DNA of 59,790 nt, the filler included, from Platydemus manokwari (Eukaryota): assembly GCA_037951405.1 (NCBI GenBank). It is 6 parts of 6 records of this genome, joined end to end, with 100 filler letters (N's around TTAATTAATTAA, not from the genome) between each part and the next. Parts side by side here need not be neighbours in the genome. Positions count along the whole stretch, not along the records: positions 27,916 to 39,314 come from JBBMOY010701097.1; positions 39,415 to 48,182 come from JBBMOY011353093.1; positions 48,283 to 59,790 come from JBBMOY010638878.1; 3 more parts are not named here. One strand, 5' to 3'. Below the pieces are notes generated by a model. The model was given only the letters and a program-made list of their open reading frames with translations, did no database searches and had not been told where the DNA came from. Both the position numbers and the translations under genes were made by a program. Below, piece by piece: positions 36,901 through 51,200 of this stretch (positions within the stretch are counted from its first letter, which is position 1; the number at the start of each line of letters is the position of its first letter).

Positions 36901-39314
36901 TAACCACTACCAAACATTCCAACGTGTTTCATACATAATAATTAGATCAAGTATTGAGAAAATTTCCAAAGATTAGCATATATAATATAGTACAGAGATT
37001 ATAAAGAAAATAAATTATATTAAAATTAAAAAAAAGAAGACAATATAGTCCGAGATATTATTCAAATATTAAATCCAATCAATTAAACAAAGAACTGTCA
37101 AAATTATCAAAGTTAAAATCAAATCTTCAACGTTCACGCTCTAAATCACACTCAAGAATCACGCAGTGACAAACTCAACCAACAAGTCACAATGGTATCA
37201 ACTCCTAAGATTAAACTGCGATAGAAATTAACGAAACTGAATGCACAGATAAACTTATGAATCTTTATCAAACTTTTTTGCTTGTGAGGACTAATTTTAT
37301 GAATTTAAATATCAAACTATTTATTATGTGGGTGCATGGTGTAACTTTCTTTTTTATTTATTTCCCATTCTCTGGTTCTTTTCCATAAACTTAAACTTAA
37401 ACTCCAACATAAATGTTTTCATGATGTTCCATTCAAAATTTCCGTATTATCATTTATTGCTTGTACATTCAAGACTTCGGTGTATTCTGTAATTGAAATA
37501 TTATCGTTTGAATTTTTTGTTGTTTAAATTTTTTGATATCAAATCCGCCTCACTTAAATTATAAATTTACTGAAAGCAACTTTAATTTCGACATTATGCC
37601 ATTCTCGTGAAATGAAATGTGAATTATATATATTCAAATGTTGAATAATACATATTGGCTAATAGTTTTTCGAAAAAGCTGAAATCATCCAATAATCATT
37701 AGTTTCTTTTCATATTAATCATTAGGGTGCAGTTGCCATTTTTTCATATACTATAGCGCATCCCATGATTATAAAAATTGACAACTTTTAACGTTGATAA
37801 TTTCACCTTGAAGAACGATATTTGTTTAGTAGTAAAGGAAAATTAGAATTATATGATCCATGAAAATTAAAACGAGGAGACAGTTTTTAAATTTATGATT
37901 TCCTATTGAAAATTAAAATGTTTGTTTAATATTCAGCAAAAATTTATCTAAACGGTTTTTTAATTGTCTCCTCGTTGAACATTAAATGAGGAAAATGAAA
38001 TTTCGTCATTGAAATATTTCCTTTCTCTAGATTTTCCGAGAATTCAATGTTGTTGCTATCAAGCTAGTAGTTAGCACTGATAAACAGAATGGAAATGAAC
38101 TCCTTGAACAGTAGGAGTTTGAACGAATAATCAGAGAGAAATTGATATTCTTGGTATATGGATAAAACATTGTTGCTGCCGCATGCATGCATTTTTATGA
38201 ATTGTTAAACACTGAGAATCATTTAAGTAAACTGATTAGAGATTTTCAAATCATCATTGTATGTATACGTAAATCAATAAATGGATAAAAAACGAAAGAA
38301 ATGAAAAAATTATATGGAAATAGCAATTATTTTTTCTCGATTTTATTCAATTAAACTGCGATCAATTCGAATTCAGATAATAGAATGAATCTATCACCAA
38401 ATTAGAAATTCAATAAATGGGGATATTAATTTGGAGATACATTTGAACTCACAATGAAGAGAAAGTGGTGAAATTCTGATGGAAATTTCATATAATATAA
38501 TATAATATGAGTCCAATCAATGGAAGTTCACTAATCAAAATCAAAGCAGTTAATTAAATCGAGAAATAAAAATAATCAATGAAATTATATTAATGAATAA
38601 ATTAGGAAAATTTCCATTCTTTCAGTTCTCTGCTCACAAATATTAAGACAAAGGGTTGAAAAAATCAATAAATGTACGGTGGTTTATTTATTTAAAATTT
38701 TAATCAAATCAACTTATTTAGGCGATTTAATTTTTTAGAATTAAAAACTCTGAAAAGAAATTAGTTTTGCAAACATTAAATGTTTTGTATTTGAAAAACA
38801 TTGGCTACTTGTGAACAATATATGACGATATCTTAACATCAATGATAAGATAATGGGTTTAGTTCAAATATTTAATATTTAGGCCAGTGCAATCAAAAAG
38901 TATTTGAAAAGAATAGTTTATAATAAATTCAAAACATTATAGATAAATGTCAATAACCATCTTTGTCATATCTGCATTATAATCTTTAGGAAAAGTTCAT
39001 TTATAAAGATCAATTATAAACTTCTAATTTAAACATTCTTCAATATTTTAAAATTACATTTGACTTTTAAGAATAATATTTTTAGGATAATTGTAAACAG
39101 TAATTATTATTAATGAAACATTAGAAGATGTGAATAATTTAATATATTTTTAAAAAATTAGTCGTTTAAATATCCCAAGTTTCACAAATTTAAATTCAGT
39201 CAATAACAATTTAATTAGATTACGATCAGATTATCTAATTTTCACAATATTAGTCTATAAACAAATATATTAACTAAAATATAGAACCATTCTACAAAAA
39301 CAATGTTTTCGTTG

Positions 39315-39414
39315 NNNNNNNNNNNNNNNNNNNNNNNNNNNNNNNNNNNNNNNNNNNNTTAATTAATTAANNNNNNNNNNNNNNNNNNNNNNNNNNNNNN
39401 NNNNNNNNNNNNNN
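39315..39414. other. Artificial contig spacer
   Basis: N run - TTAATTAATTAA - N run, 100 nt. Confidence 0.98.
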
Positions 39415-42400
39415 AATTGTTTGAGCAAGATAAATATTAATTATTTTTAATATAATCATCATTTAAATTTTAAACCTCACAATAATATTTTAAAAAAATA
39501 CGAATCGTTCTACAAAATTTTAGAGGAGAAACACAATTAATTGATAATCTGAAACATTATATTATAGTATCTATATCAATAGCTTTCTATAAGATTTCAA
39601 GAGGTAATTACGAGTTTTCTATTTTCAGAAAAGGTACTTCCACATCATAAGAGAATGAAAAAGAAAATTAAACCTGATGAAGAGCAGAATTATTTATTGA
39701 AAAATCATATGTTTCGTTTTCATATAAATTTCGAATATAATTTTCTTTTTAAAGTGCATATTCAACTGCTTAATTCACTTTGATATCAACCTAACACAAC
39801 AATGCAAATCGATTATTTCATGACATTTTTCAAAACAAAACAATCTTTCTAACAAGTCACGTAATCATTCATTATATATAAGAGTCACCCATACATATAT
39901 CTATCTATATGGCAAATATAAACGGCATTCAATAGTCATTGCTTCGAAACGAATATTTACAAAAAAATCTCAAAAGTCAATATTTATTTCAAAGTCTTAC
40001 CTAAACAAAAACGAATTTAATTAAATAATCTTTTGCTTTGATTTCCAAACCAGTTTCGAGTTGAGTATTTGTTAAACAGACCTGTGACTGACAAACAGAA
40101 TACAAGCTATTGAAAAATCATTTCGTTTTAACCAGAAAATAGAACAATATCTAGAGAGGAAAACAAATATGGTTCATTTATCGGAACTTCTTATAATATA
40201 TTACCCTACCGATCGATATTAAAGAAAGTATCTAAAATAGGAGATTTCCTCGTCTAGAATTTGCAAATAAATATTGAAACGTTTTGAATACAATTAAATT
40301 AATTTAATTAATCATTTACAAAGCTAATTTTCTATATTTTGTCCTTGAAATCTTTTTATTTACTTTATTTATGTCAAATTCTCGCTTCAGTTTTTATCAA
40401 ATTTGTTAACTTGTTAATTTCCTGTGGTTTTTGATAAATAATATTTGATAGAGATAGAATCTATTTCTCGACATTTAACCCTCTGAACATGATCATCATT
40501 TCCTTTATTTTCATTTTGATTAGCTTGAATATTGAATTATAAATTGATTTATTAAGATCGAATTTTATTTATAAAAATTCAAAATATGTTCCCAAGGCTT
40601 TGAAAAACATTGAATGACATTATTGTTGAATATAACAACAAGTTTCGGGTCAGGGTGATAAGAAATCGAAATTATCATATCAATATTGGAAACTAATTCG
40701 CTATATTTTAATAATTAATAAAATGGTCCTTCTAAGATTTTTGAAGCCATTATGTTGTGTTTCATTCATTATCAGTCCAAAAATTGAATGAACATTTCTA
40801 ATAAAAGTTTAAGTAATATTATATAATCACTTTCACATTTAAAATATTTTTATAGTAACCCCTTAAATTCAATAAAGCCCAATAAAATCAATAAAATTTA
40901 AATCAGTTTGAAATGGAAATATTATTCTCCTCGACTCCAAACTTCACATCCTTGATTATAATAACGAATTTTGTAATCAACCCGTTATTGAATTCTGAGC
41001 GTACATTTATCACAACAGTTTCCCCACAAATGATCAGAGCATTTTTTCATCTTTAACATGCTTAGAAAATGTCTCATATCACTCATAACTTCTACAAAAT
41101 TGCTGGATAGATAACCTCGATTTCCGTTCGAGGCTTTTCAAAAATAATATCCATTGCGATATATGCACCAGTTTTATAATTGCATCTCCATCTGGAATTT
41201 TTTCTGACAATTGCTTGGGTTTTTAATTACCAATTCGCTCGTTTTCGTTTAATTTTAATCTGTTGTACTTCACTCTGTTGAGAAACTGTTTAAACCTGAT
41301 TTATTCGGTCTTAAACCCATTTACAGATTAATAATATATAACTGATCCTATACTACTGAAATATTATTTGAATTGACAGAATTTACATTTTTATGAACCA
41401 AAAATTTTTAAAAAACTAATCCAAAATAATTTCCAAACTCCAATTGAACTTTTACGAGATGAACTTTAATTTTTTTTTCTATGAAATCGCAATTAATTGA
41501 ATTTATATAAAAACTGTTTAATTAGAAATTTGACAACTAATTATTTTAGCCCAATTAAAATATTCAAATTAAAATTTGAAATAAATCTACAACCATAGGT
41601 TTGAGGCTAATTTTAATGTGGAAACAAAACATGGGAAATGTGATAATAAATAAAATTCAATAATTAAACATTAAAAGCTAAAAATTTGTCGGTATTAATT
41701 ACCGTTGGGATTTCGTCCCCATGGCATCCAAAAATGACCACTCATACAATATATTCAAATAGTGCTATGAAAAAATTCTCTAAAAATCGTACAAATATAA
41801 ATATTTTTACCAAAAACTCTAAGAATAAAGAGATCTTGTTATTTAAATATAAAATAAGATAAGCTTTCACAGTTTCTTAAAAAGAATTACGCACTGTTTC
41901 ACAAAAATGTTCTATTTTTCATTGTTTTCGAATCGTATGATGTACTTTAGAATATTTTTTTAATGGGCAACATTTTTGTTTTCTATAATATGATTATCTC
42001 TAAATTAGATATTACTTCATAAAATCTAAAAAGATAATTCCAAATCATATAATATGAATGGCCAAATGAAATTTATATGAAAGAGTTTAGTGATAAGCTA
42101 TTATCGGTATTTTTCACAAAATGGTTATTCGCCGTCATCGCCGACGGTTTCAAGGTCATTTGATTGATTGGAATTAGCGTCGACTAGTTTGTAGTCCTTA
42201 TATTTCAGTCCCGAAATTCATCAGGCATTGCCTTTGCTCTATTTGAACGGCAACTACCATTGATATTTGAAGCTACGCATTATATTAAAAAGTTTTCTGC
42301 TGGGTTACTATCAATATTCTTGTTTTTTCATTAAGATTACAAAAAAAGAAACATAATAATGATAAGAATTCTACCTACAACTGTGATAATCAGAACTAAT

Positions 42401-44399
42401 GATAAAAAACCTTATGTAGAATTTTAAAGAATATTTTATTATTATCAATTTGCTAGGGATGAATTACTATCTAGAAATAGTGACGGTTTAAACATTACAT
42501 ACCTTTGAATAAATTTAAAATCCTATCAGTGAACTCATACACACACAAACACACACATATATATAACACTTCATTGTCTTAAAAACAGATACTAGATCAC
42601 ACTACATTGGTAAATGTTATATTTGAAAAAGAAGTACATTCATTCCTTTTTTAACATTAAAATCAATACACGAAATAGTAAATTTAGGGAAAGGAAAACC
42701 AAAATAAATACATCATTAAAATGTACAGCCAAATTAAATATTATACAAAATCATGACATTGTATCGTATTATAAAAAATTGAAATTATATTTCATTCTTT
42801 GACAAAATCGTTCCATTTTCATTTGAATTTAACAATCAAAAGAAACAAATTCGAGAAAAAACAATAATTTCTAATAGGCTCTCATTAATTATGCTTCGAT
42901 CTGTCTCATTCATAAGACGACAATAAACTTTTCAAACAAAAAAAAACTACTGAAAAATAATAAGGTGATTAATGATGTTAAAAACAAAAATTCTGAACAA
43001 GTATGATTGGAATTGGTTTTTGATGGAATGATGTTTGATCAATATTTTTTAATATCAAATAAGCTTTGAAAACAGTAAAAAAATGTCTTTGTGATTTTCT
43101 TTGATAATAAAATATACAGCATCATTTGATAATAAAATTTATTTTCATCAACAACTTATATCAGATATTGGTGTTAATAATAGAATAATCAGATAAATTA
43201 TTATATATAATTATATTGACATGGAAATATTAACATTTTCATTATCAATTATCAAATATTAATTTTTAAAATATTAAGACACAAAGATAAAGTTATTCAA
43301 GTGACATTTACTCATAATTATGGATTGACCATCACTCATAGATTTGAATAATGCGTTCAGCATTAGTTGCTGTCCCGGAAAATAGTTCCGTTTTTAAAAT
43401 CAAACGAATGGGATATCCGAAAGTCTTTTATCAATTATTTATGGATTTCTAATAAATTACAATTTACAGATATCGTTATAATCAATGCTTAAGAGAAATT
43501 TTTATAGCAAGAAAACATTGACATCATTGACAAATATTAATAAAAATTTTGTTCAGTTTATTAAAACGTTTTTATATCACGGTAAATTATTTTCTTGTGA
43601 ACAATGAATTCATATTTTTATCAATTTCTTTCAAGTAAAAACGAAATCCAGAACTTGTTGATTAAAATGAATGGATAAATAATGATGAAGCTGTATATAA
43701 TGAATTATCTATATATCTATATTTATAAATGGTTTTTGTCAAAAGTCAAAGAGATTCAAACTGATTTTTTTCAATTTATCAATAGCGATTGTTTACAAAT
43801 TTTGTAAGCAGATATTTTTAATCACACAAATTTCCCCATAAGACTTACTAACTAAGTTTATCCACAAACATAATTGAAATTCCAACCATTCTTAGTAACG
43901 TTAAGGGAATATTGATATTAAATTTGATGAAGTAAGAAAACAACGTGCCATAATAACCCTTATCAAGTGAATAATTAATTATCAATCTTTAAACAAGCAT
44001 CTCAGATATTGTTTAAATTCGCTCTCTTATTTGATTTTTGAAGAAGCACTTGATGCGGACTTCCGAATTTCGAAATTATAATACAACTTTCATGACGATG
44101 TAGGATCTTTGTCGTCTTATGTGGTTCTGTCTTCACTTAAACTTTATCACCAACCGCAAAAATTTGACTATCTCTCCTTTACGCATCGAGTTGTCTTAAG
44201 TTTATGACCACTGATTTGAGAATGTTTGCTGTTTATTTAACTGGAACCCATTCATATAAATTTGTATGCAAAACAAAATATCGAAGGGTAAATACCGAAA
44301 TGAACTCTTATACTTTTCATTGATAATAAATCCAATTAGTGGAATGAATTTATTCCAAGGCTATTTTTGCGAATGTGATTCTGATATAAAATTTAGTTA

Positions 44400-45535
44400 T
44401 TTCCATTGCCCATAAACATCAGGAAAACCTATACTTCTCTAAATTGGAAAAGTATTTATTTTTCTGAATAGCTGAGAGGAATCCAGTTTCCAATTTTATA
44501 GCCATTTATGAATAGAACCGATAACGATATCAGACGGTTGGATCTTTCTTAATTCATCGTTGATGACAATTTAGTGCCCAACAACATTGATAAATCGAGT
44601 TTCTGACTTGTCGTCCTTAGCCTCTTGGGGTGGCATAAAACATTGCGAACAGAGAACTTCACTTAATCTAGAAGATCTAGTCGCATTTTCACGATTAGTT
44701 CCCTTATGACATTGAATTCCTATTTTCAAACCGTTTTTAAAACTGAGATCTAATCCGCTTGGTGGTTTAGTCTTATGGGTTACAAGATTAAAATGCATAA
44801 TAAATTCATGGATAGGGTTCTCATTCTTGGACATCATGGCATACAAGTAGAAGTCGATATTGCACAATCACGAAGAATCGAAGTTACTCAATCCTAGAAA
44901 CGATTTTAATTGCATAATGCACCCAGGTTAAAGTGATTTTTTAAATCTTCCTTACGTGGTCATCGTTGGTTTCTACAATTTCTGCACTAATTATGGTGAA
45001 ACTTGTTTTTATCAAAAAAATCGCCATAATAGGAATTGTTATATTTTTCAAACAAGACTAAGGCTTATCGCAAAACGCCCGATAATATTTCTTCAAACTT
45101 CTCGATATGAGGCTATCTTTACTCATTACTGTTATTGATGCAACTCTATTCCATAATGATATATAAAATTATGTGCAACTCTTCATACTTTTCGGGTGTG
45201 TTTATTCTATTTCTAATCTACCAATTACTTTTAAGTAGACAATTAATTCAACCCCACTAACAAGAAAGACACATAAGGTAAAATCATCTAAATCTTCTAT
45301 TTCAATATCATTTTGGATATATTCGTCATGCATGCAAAGAAGTGAACTTGAACGATCATTTTTGTATTTCTTGATCCAATAGCGCTCTCTAAACGAATGA
45401 AGTCTTTATCGCATATCATCATCTAAACTAGCTTCCTTCTACTTACTAACCACTTGTATAGATCTTTAGAATTTCGTGGTAATAACATATCAAACGCAAA
45501 TGATAACCCCATCTCTAACCATTCATCTGATTCCT
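44400..45535 (-). mobile_element. Decayed Ty3/gypsy pol (RT-RNase H) remnant
   Basis: Minus-strand fragments in correct order: MVRDGVI (~45524, cf. MLxxGVI), MICDKDFIRL (RMCVDYRxL), ITVMSKD..HIEKFEEIL (region after YxDD), IISAEIVETNDDHVRKI (GHIISxxGxxPDPxKVxAI), QLKSFLGLSNF (~44912-44880, cf. ELRSFLGLxNY), SSRLSEVLCSQ (ASxxGLGAVLxQ). Many stops and frameshifts. Confidence 0.65.
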
Positions 45536-46894
45536 ATATATATATATAATTCTAGAAGTAATTTTAATTTAATTTATTAATATAAAACTTATTTTCATCA
45601 TTGGCTAAAAATTTCGTGTTGGTAAGTGAATGGATATTCCGTGTCATTAAAAAAAATCTATTGGTCTCTTTAAGTAATGAAGACAAAAGAAAACTTATAT
45701 CAAAACAAGTTAATCTATTTTCACATGATCAATATTTCATGTACATAAAATAACTAATATTATACCCGAAGTTGAGTTCGCTCTTTAAATGTTAACCCCT
45801 TTTCAATGTAAGAGATATTCGTAACTTTACGCAATTGTGTTGTCATTCCTTTCAAAATATTATTATTAATATAGTTGCTACTATTTCCATTATTCGCTTA
45901 ACTGTTATCAAAATTGATTATGAGTCATTGAACTAGACTTGATGTGAAACTAGATTTTCCTATGTACGTCTGAAGATTTATTAAATGCAGTAAATGACCG
46001 CTCCAAATGACTATACTTCTACTCAAGTGAAAATAAAGGAAATTTTGAAATTGTAATACTCACTATATAGCGTATTATCATTTTATTACAATATTATTTT
46101 TGTTCATCAAACTTTTGATATCAAATAATCATTGACATATATTGTATGAAATGATAAACATCCCAGACATAAGTACAAGATTTCGTCAAATATATTTCGG
46201 TGTTCCATGATTATCCGACACAGCTCAATGCTATATATCTATTTGAGAGATTGAGTAAATGTTGGAATTAACAAATATGCACAGAATATTAGTGGAATAT
46301 AATATGATTAAAACAAAATATGTTTAATATGTGATTAAAATGAATGCTATTTGTATTCGTTTTAATCCAGGAGTATATATATCACAAGAAGTTAATTTTA
46401 TATTTTTATGATACATAAAAAATGATGATATTTTCGCTCAGCATCGCTTGAGAATAGAAGTTAAACATGGAAGGCATGTCGCTATTTCACCTGTAAGTAA
46501 TATTAAATCAAACGCATTGAATAAAGTAAATTTAATCAATATTTGGGGATTTAGTATGAAAATATCATAATAGCGTGATGTATATTATCTAACAAGAAAT
46601 TTTTTGAAATGATTAAGAAAATCAATAAACTCCTAAATAAAGAACGAAAGAATATATTTGATGATTGTCTCTGTAGAAGTAACCAAACTGGATCATTCAA
46701 TGCAATACTATTACTTGCACATTTACCATATTGAATACATCAACACAATTGGCAAATTCTAATTTTTAATTTAACAGAACATTGTGTAATTTACATCAAG
46801 CTTATGAAGATAATGAACAATATGTGACTGAAAACTGAGATTTATGCTATAATATTTGGTAAATGAAATTTAATAATATTCTGGATATATATAT

Positions 46895-46925
46895 GTGTGT
46901 GTGTGAGTGTGTGCGTGTGTGTGTG
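46895..46925. repeat. Imperfect (GT)n microsatellite
   Basis: About 15 units with two interruptions. Confidence 0.9.
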
Positions 46926-47999
46926 AAAAATAGAAATAATGATTTATTAAAGACTTGCGGTCATAGGAACAAAGAATTTCACACTGAAGAAATATCAGAT
47001 TAAAAATTTTGTCAATTTTCACTTAACCAGTATATTTATCATTAATTAATTGACATCGTTATATTATTTTTTTATCTCTTCTTGTCACATAACAAATCTG
47101 AAATTAGACGATACATTAACGAATTATTCTATCTAATTTAAGAGCTTTGATAACAATATTTCGTTACAATATGATTCAAAAACGAGAACAATAATTTAAC
47201 TAATATTTGCAAAAAAAATTTAGGTTTATTCGAGTTTAAAGTTTGTTAAAAGAATTTTGAAAAAAATATTCGAAGTGTCTCATGAGAGATGCATGTCAAT
47301 TTATTAGTATAAACAAAAATAGCAAATTGTATCGAATAAATCATTACATTACTAATAATGATTGTTTAATAAAGCATGTATTCTTTAATTCGTTTAAATA
47401 AATTTGGTAAAACGCAAAACAGAAATCGCGCTATATATGTGTTCACTATTTGTTCTGACGAGAAAATCCATTGCAATATTTTAACATTGTCGATAATGAT
47501 AATTAATAATTTTTAAAAAAAGTCATTTATTTAATGAATATTCTTAAAAATCATTTATTGCATGGTCTTTGACTTAACTAAAACTGATTGAAGTGGTTAT
47601 GGGTCGGAATGTAAAAGTCGACCTATTGTATTGTGGAGTCAATGTTTTATCTGATATTGATGAGTAGAAATATCTGCGAAATCTATCTATTAAAAATATA
47701 TAAATGCACAGATTTTATTCAGTCCAAATAACCCCTTCCGGTAGATATTTGAGTTTTTCAATTTCATAAAATAAATCAAAACATTTCCCTTCAAAGATCG
47801 GAAAATGATAAAATTAATAACGAAGATATAACGTTTTATTCCTTTCATCATTCAATATAAAATGCACAATTTACACACAGACACGCACACACAAAACAGA
47901 ATTGGAGCAAATCTTAGGGATGCATGGAAACAGTTTATACAATTATATATAAAATTTAAACCGTTACAAAATTTTAAAAAGAAGAAATATATGAACAAG

Positions 48000-48182
48000 A
48001 AAGATATAGTTCTTCCGAAAGTTTAAACATATATTTCTGACGGACAAGGAAAAAATGAATGAAGAATATCTCATAGACGTAGGAAAAAATAATAAAAACT
48101 TGTTAAATCTGTAAGGAAAGATTAAAGAAAATTCTCTGAACATGTCAGGACAAGAGAGAAAGCTGGAGAACTTATTAGCTAG
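48000..48182 (+). mobile_element. RTE-clade LINE C-terminal fragment, truncated by gap
   Basis: IFLTDKEKMNEEYLIDVGKNNKNLLNL* / KFSEHVRTREK / LENL resembles recalled RTE ISWTDKVTNEEVLRRVGExRxLLNxIRKRQLKFLGHVMRKExLENL. Confidence 0.55.
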
Positions 48183-48282
48183 NNNNNNNNNNNNNNNNNN
48201 NNNNNNNNNNNNNNNNNNNNNNNNNNTTAATTAATTAANNNNNNNNNNNNNNNNNNNNNNNNNNNNNNNNNNNNNNNNNNNN
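48183..48282. other. Artificial contig spacer
   Basis: N run - TTAATTAATTAA - N run, 100 nt. Confidence 0.98.
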
Positions 48283-51200
48283 AAGTAGTTTTTAAAAAAT
48301 TTTGATTTAAAGTTCAATATATAAAAATCGGACATTTCATATGGGACAACCTAATAACTTATTAGATTCAATACAATGTTCTCATGTTCTCGGTGAGATC
48401 ACCATACTTAATTTGTTTTAATTTAAAAATCACTGTTTGAGTTAAATTGATTTGAGCTCAATCTGTATTCGATTTTGTTTTTTGTTGTATCTAAAATAAA
48501 GTTTCATAATAAAAGTTTGTGTTGTTGTTAATCTAATAAAATAAAGGGACTCACGCTGTTGAGTTGTTTGAAGCAAAGCCCAATACATCATCAACACCTA
48601 CAACAACCCAACATATATATATTTATACACTCTCTTGAAGTAATTATCGTGATCATAATTTAATTACAATTATATTTTTTTTAATTATAAGTTCCTATAA
48701 ATAAATAATTTATCCAAAAATGTAGGAGAAGATTTTTAATAAAATAAAATTGCTACATATGTTAACTCATGCAATACAGTTCATCGTTCAATTGATAAAG
48801 CTGAAAAATATTACTTTCATAAAAACTTTCATAAGCTAACAAATTACGATACATTAGTAGATACAATTCAATTAATGCAACAACATAAAATATAAAATAG
48901 ATACATTAATCATTTCCATGTTCGATTAACATATAATATAAAAATTGTTACATTATACATCTATATTAGTTATCAGAGCAGTTATTGTCATAACAATTAT
49001 TACTGTCAGAACTCCAACAAACAGACACCCCTGTTATAAGAACAATATTCCCGAATAAATTAAATAATGCAATTGTAATAAAATAATACACCCACATTTA
49101 AATGGAAATTATCCCTAAATAAACACCCTTAAATAGGTTCAGAATATCAGTGTCTATAAGAATCATTTATAACCAACAAAATGGCTAATTAGGTTGCGTA
49201 AACCATCAAGGCAACCAAATTCCTCAACTACTTTCGACAATTATATGCCGATGAAAAACTGGAATGTTGGGAACCACAGACTGACTAGTGCTTTACTCAG
49301 ATAGTGAGGAGAGTGAAGACTCCCATCACCAGATCATATAGTACATGGATGAGCAAAGTAGTCGAGGTAAAATTTCTATGAAAAGTTATATTTTCAGTAA
49401 ATTTAATTAATACAGACAATAAACCATAAAATACACCTTTTGGACCTTTCATTCATTAAGCCTATAAATTAAAGTTCGCACAGTTACGGTGGGATAACCA
49501 CAACAATTCGTTGTAATAATATAACGTTTGAGCTAAATTTGTGTGTAATATCTGTTAATTTTAAACATGAAAAAATATCTTGTTATTTCGTTTGATTATT
49601 TAATAAATTATTTAAAAAATTCATTACAATAAAATCATAAGCACTCAAGCTATTGAGCTGACAAATTTCTAAAAATCAACCATGACAACCCATAGGATGA
49701 TCAATTTGATATTGATATTGTTCTGCAAATAATGTTCAATCCTACACCGATAGAAAAACTGTAAGTATTCAGATAATTGTAAAATCATCAATTATTTATA
49801 ACAAACGTATATTCTTTCTATTTATCGGGTTAATCACAAAGCTCTTGAACAAATTAGTTTACTAACCATTATCCTATCCATAATATTTATAATATCTATA
49901 TTACCAATCATCTTGAATTGGTACAGATATTAGCAAAATTTTATAAATTATTTTAGAGCAGTTAGGACGGTTTTTCTATATTAATTTAAGAATATACATT
50001 ATTGAGTATGCTATAAAGAAGCAAAATAACCATAAAATCCATGGAAATAATCCTCAAAAGATCGATACACACGGACTCGATTAGCGCAAGTGCCTATTGG
50101 AAATCATATGCTTTGAACAGAAATACGTTAATAGCAAGAGAAATATTAGAAAATTTGTTAATAGAGCGACGATGAAAGTAAAGGCTTAATACATTCATTG
50201 AAAACACCTAATGTCTATAACAACAGATTGATCTCAAGAGCATCTGCCATTTTTTTAGTGTGTAATTTCTAACTGTCGTGATTTATATGATTTTCTAGCA
50301 ACTAATCTTTACGGTTATCTTAATCAATGTCTAACTTTCGGGCGCTGATTCTGATGTGTATTGATCATGGATTTGACCATCGTGATTGTGATACCGAAAA
50401 ATGATTGTTTACCTATTTAGTCCTTTGTATAATATTATAATTCCTAATTATAACTATGGCATTTATAGTTAGTAAATATTAGCAAAATTGTTGGTAAATA
50501 AGAATTTGATATAATCAATAGATAATAGTCCTGTTGAATCCTCAACAATTATTAAAATCTTAATCAAAAATAAAAGACTAATAATATTTCTTCGTGGTAT
50601 TTTGATTTGATATTAGTCTTTCCCTATTCTTAATGGATTTTGAAGTTTTTGCATGAGTGGGATTGGTCAATCTCTGTGTGTGTTATTGTGCAGCTATAAC
50701 TTCACAGTGATTGGCTTATTGCTATGCGTGTATGGCTGTGTAGGCATACAAATGTTTAAAGTGCTAAAACAAGGATTCCAAGGTGCAATTTCGTTTTCTT
50801 TGTGCAGAATTTCATCATTATTCCAATTTTTGATATTATTTTATTTATTTATTTATTCAGATCGCCTTACGAGCAAAGGGATTACAATGAGCAACACCAC
50901 CACACGTCCAATGCCCGTTTCTATAACTCACCACAAATAACAATGTCTCCAATTATACACTCCAATCATTGCAATCCATTTATGAATACTTTGGTGGAAC
51001 ATAAGCATTTACTCTTATATACAAGCACAATTGTGCTGCAAATCCGTTTAAAATGCTAAACAAGGGTTCTAAGTTGCAAATCCGTTTTTCTTTTTAGCAG
51101 AATTTCATCTCACTCAATATATCTCCCTGCTCTTGAAGATTTTGTCTTCTAAATTGACTCCATTTTTCTACGCATAAAAATGTAGATCATAATTTTCCAA

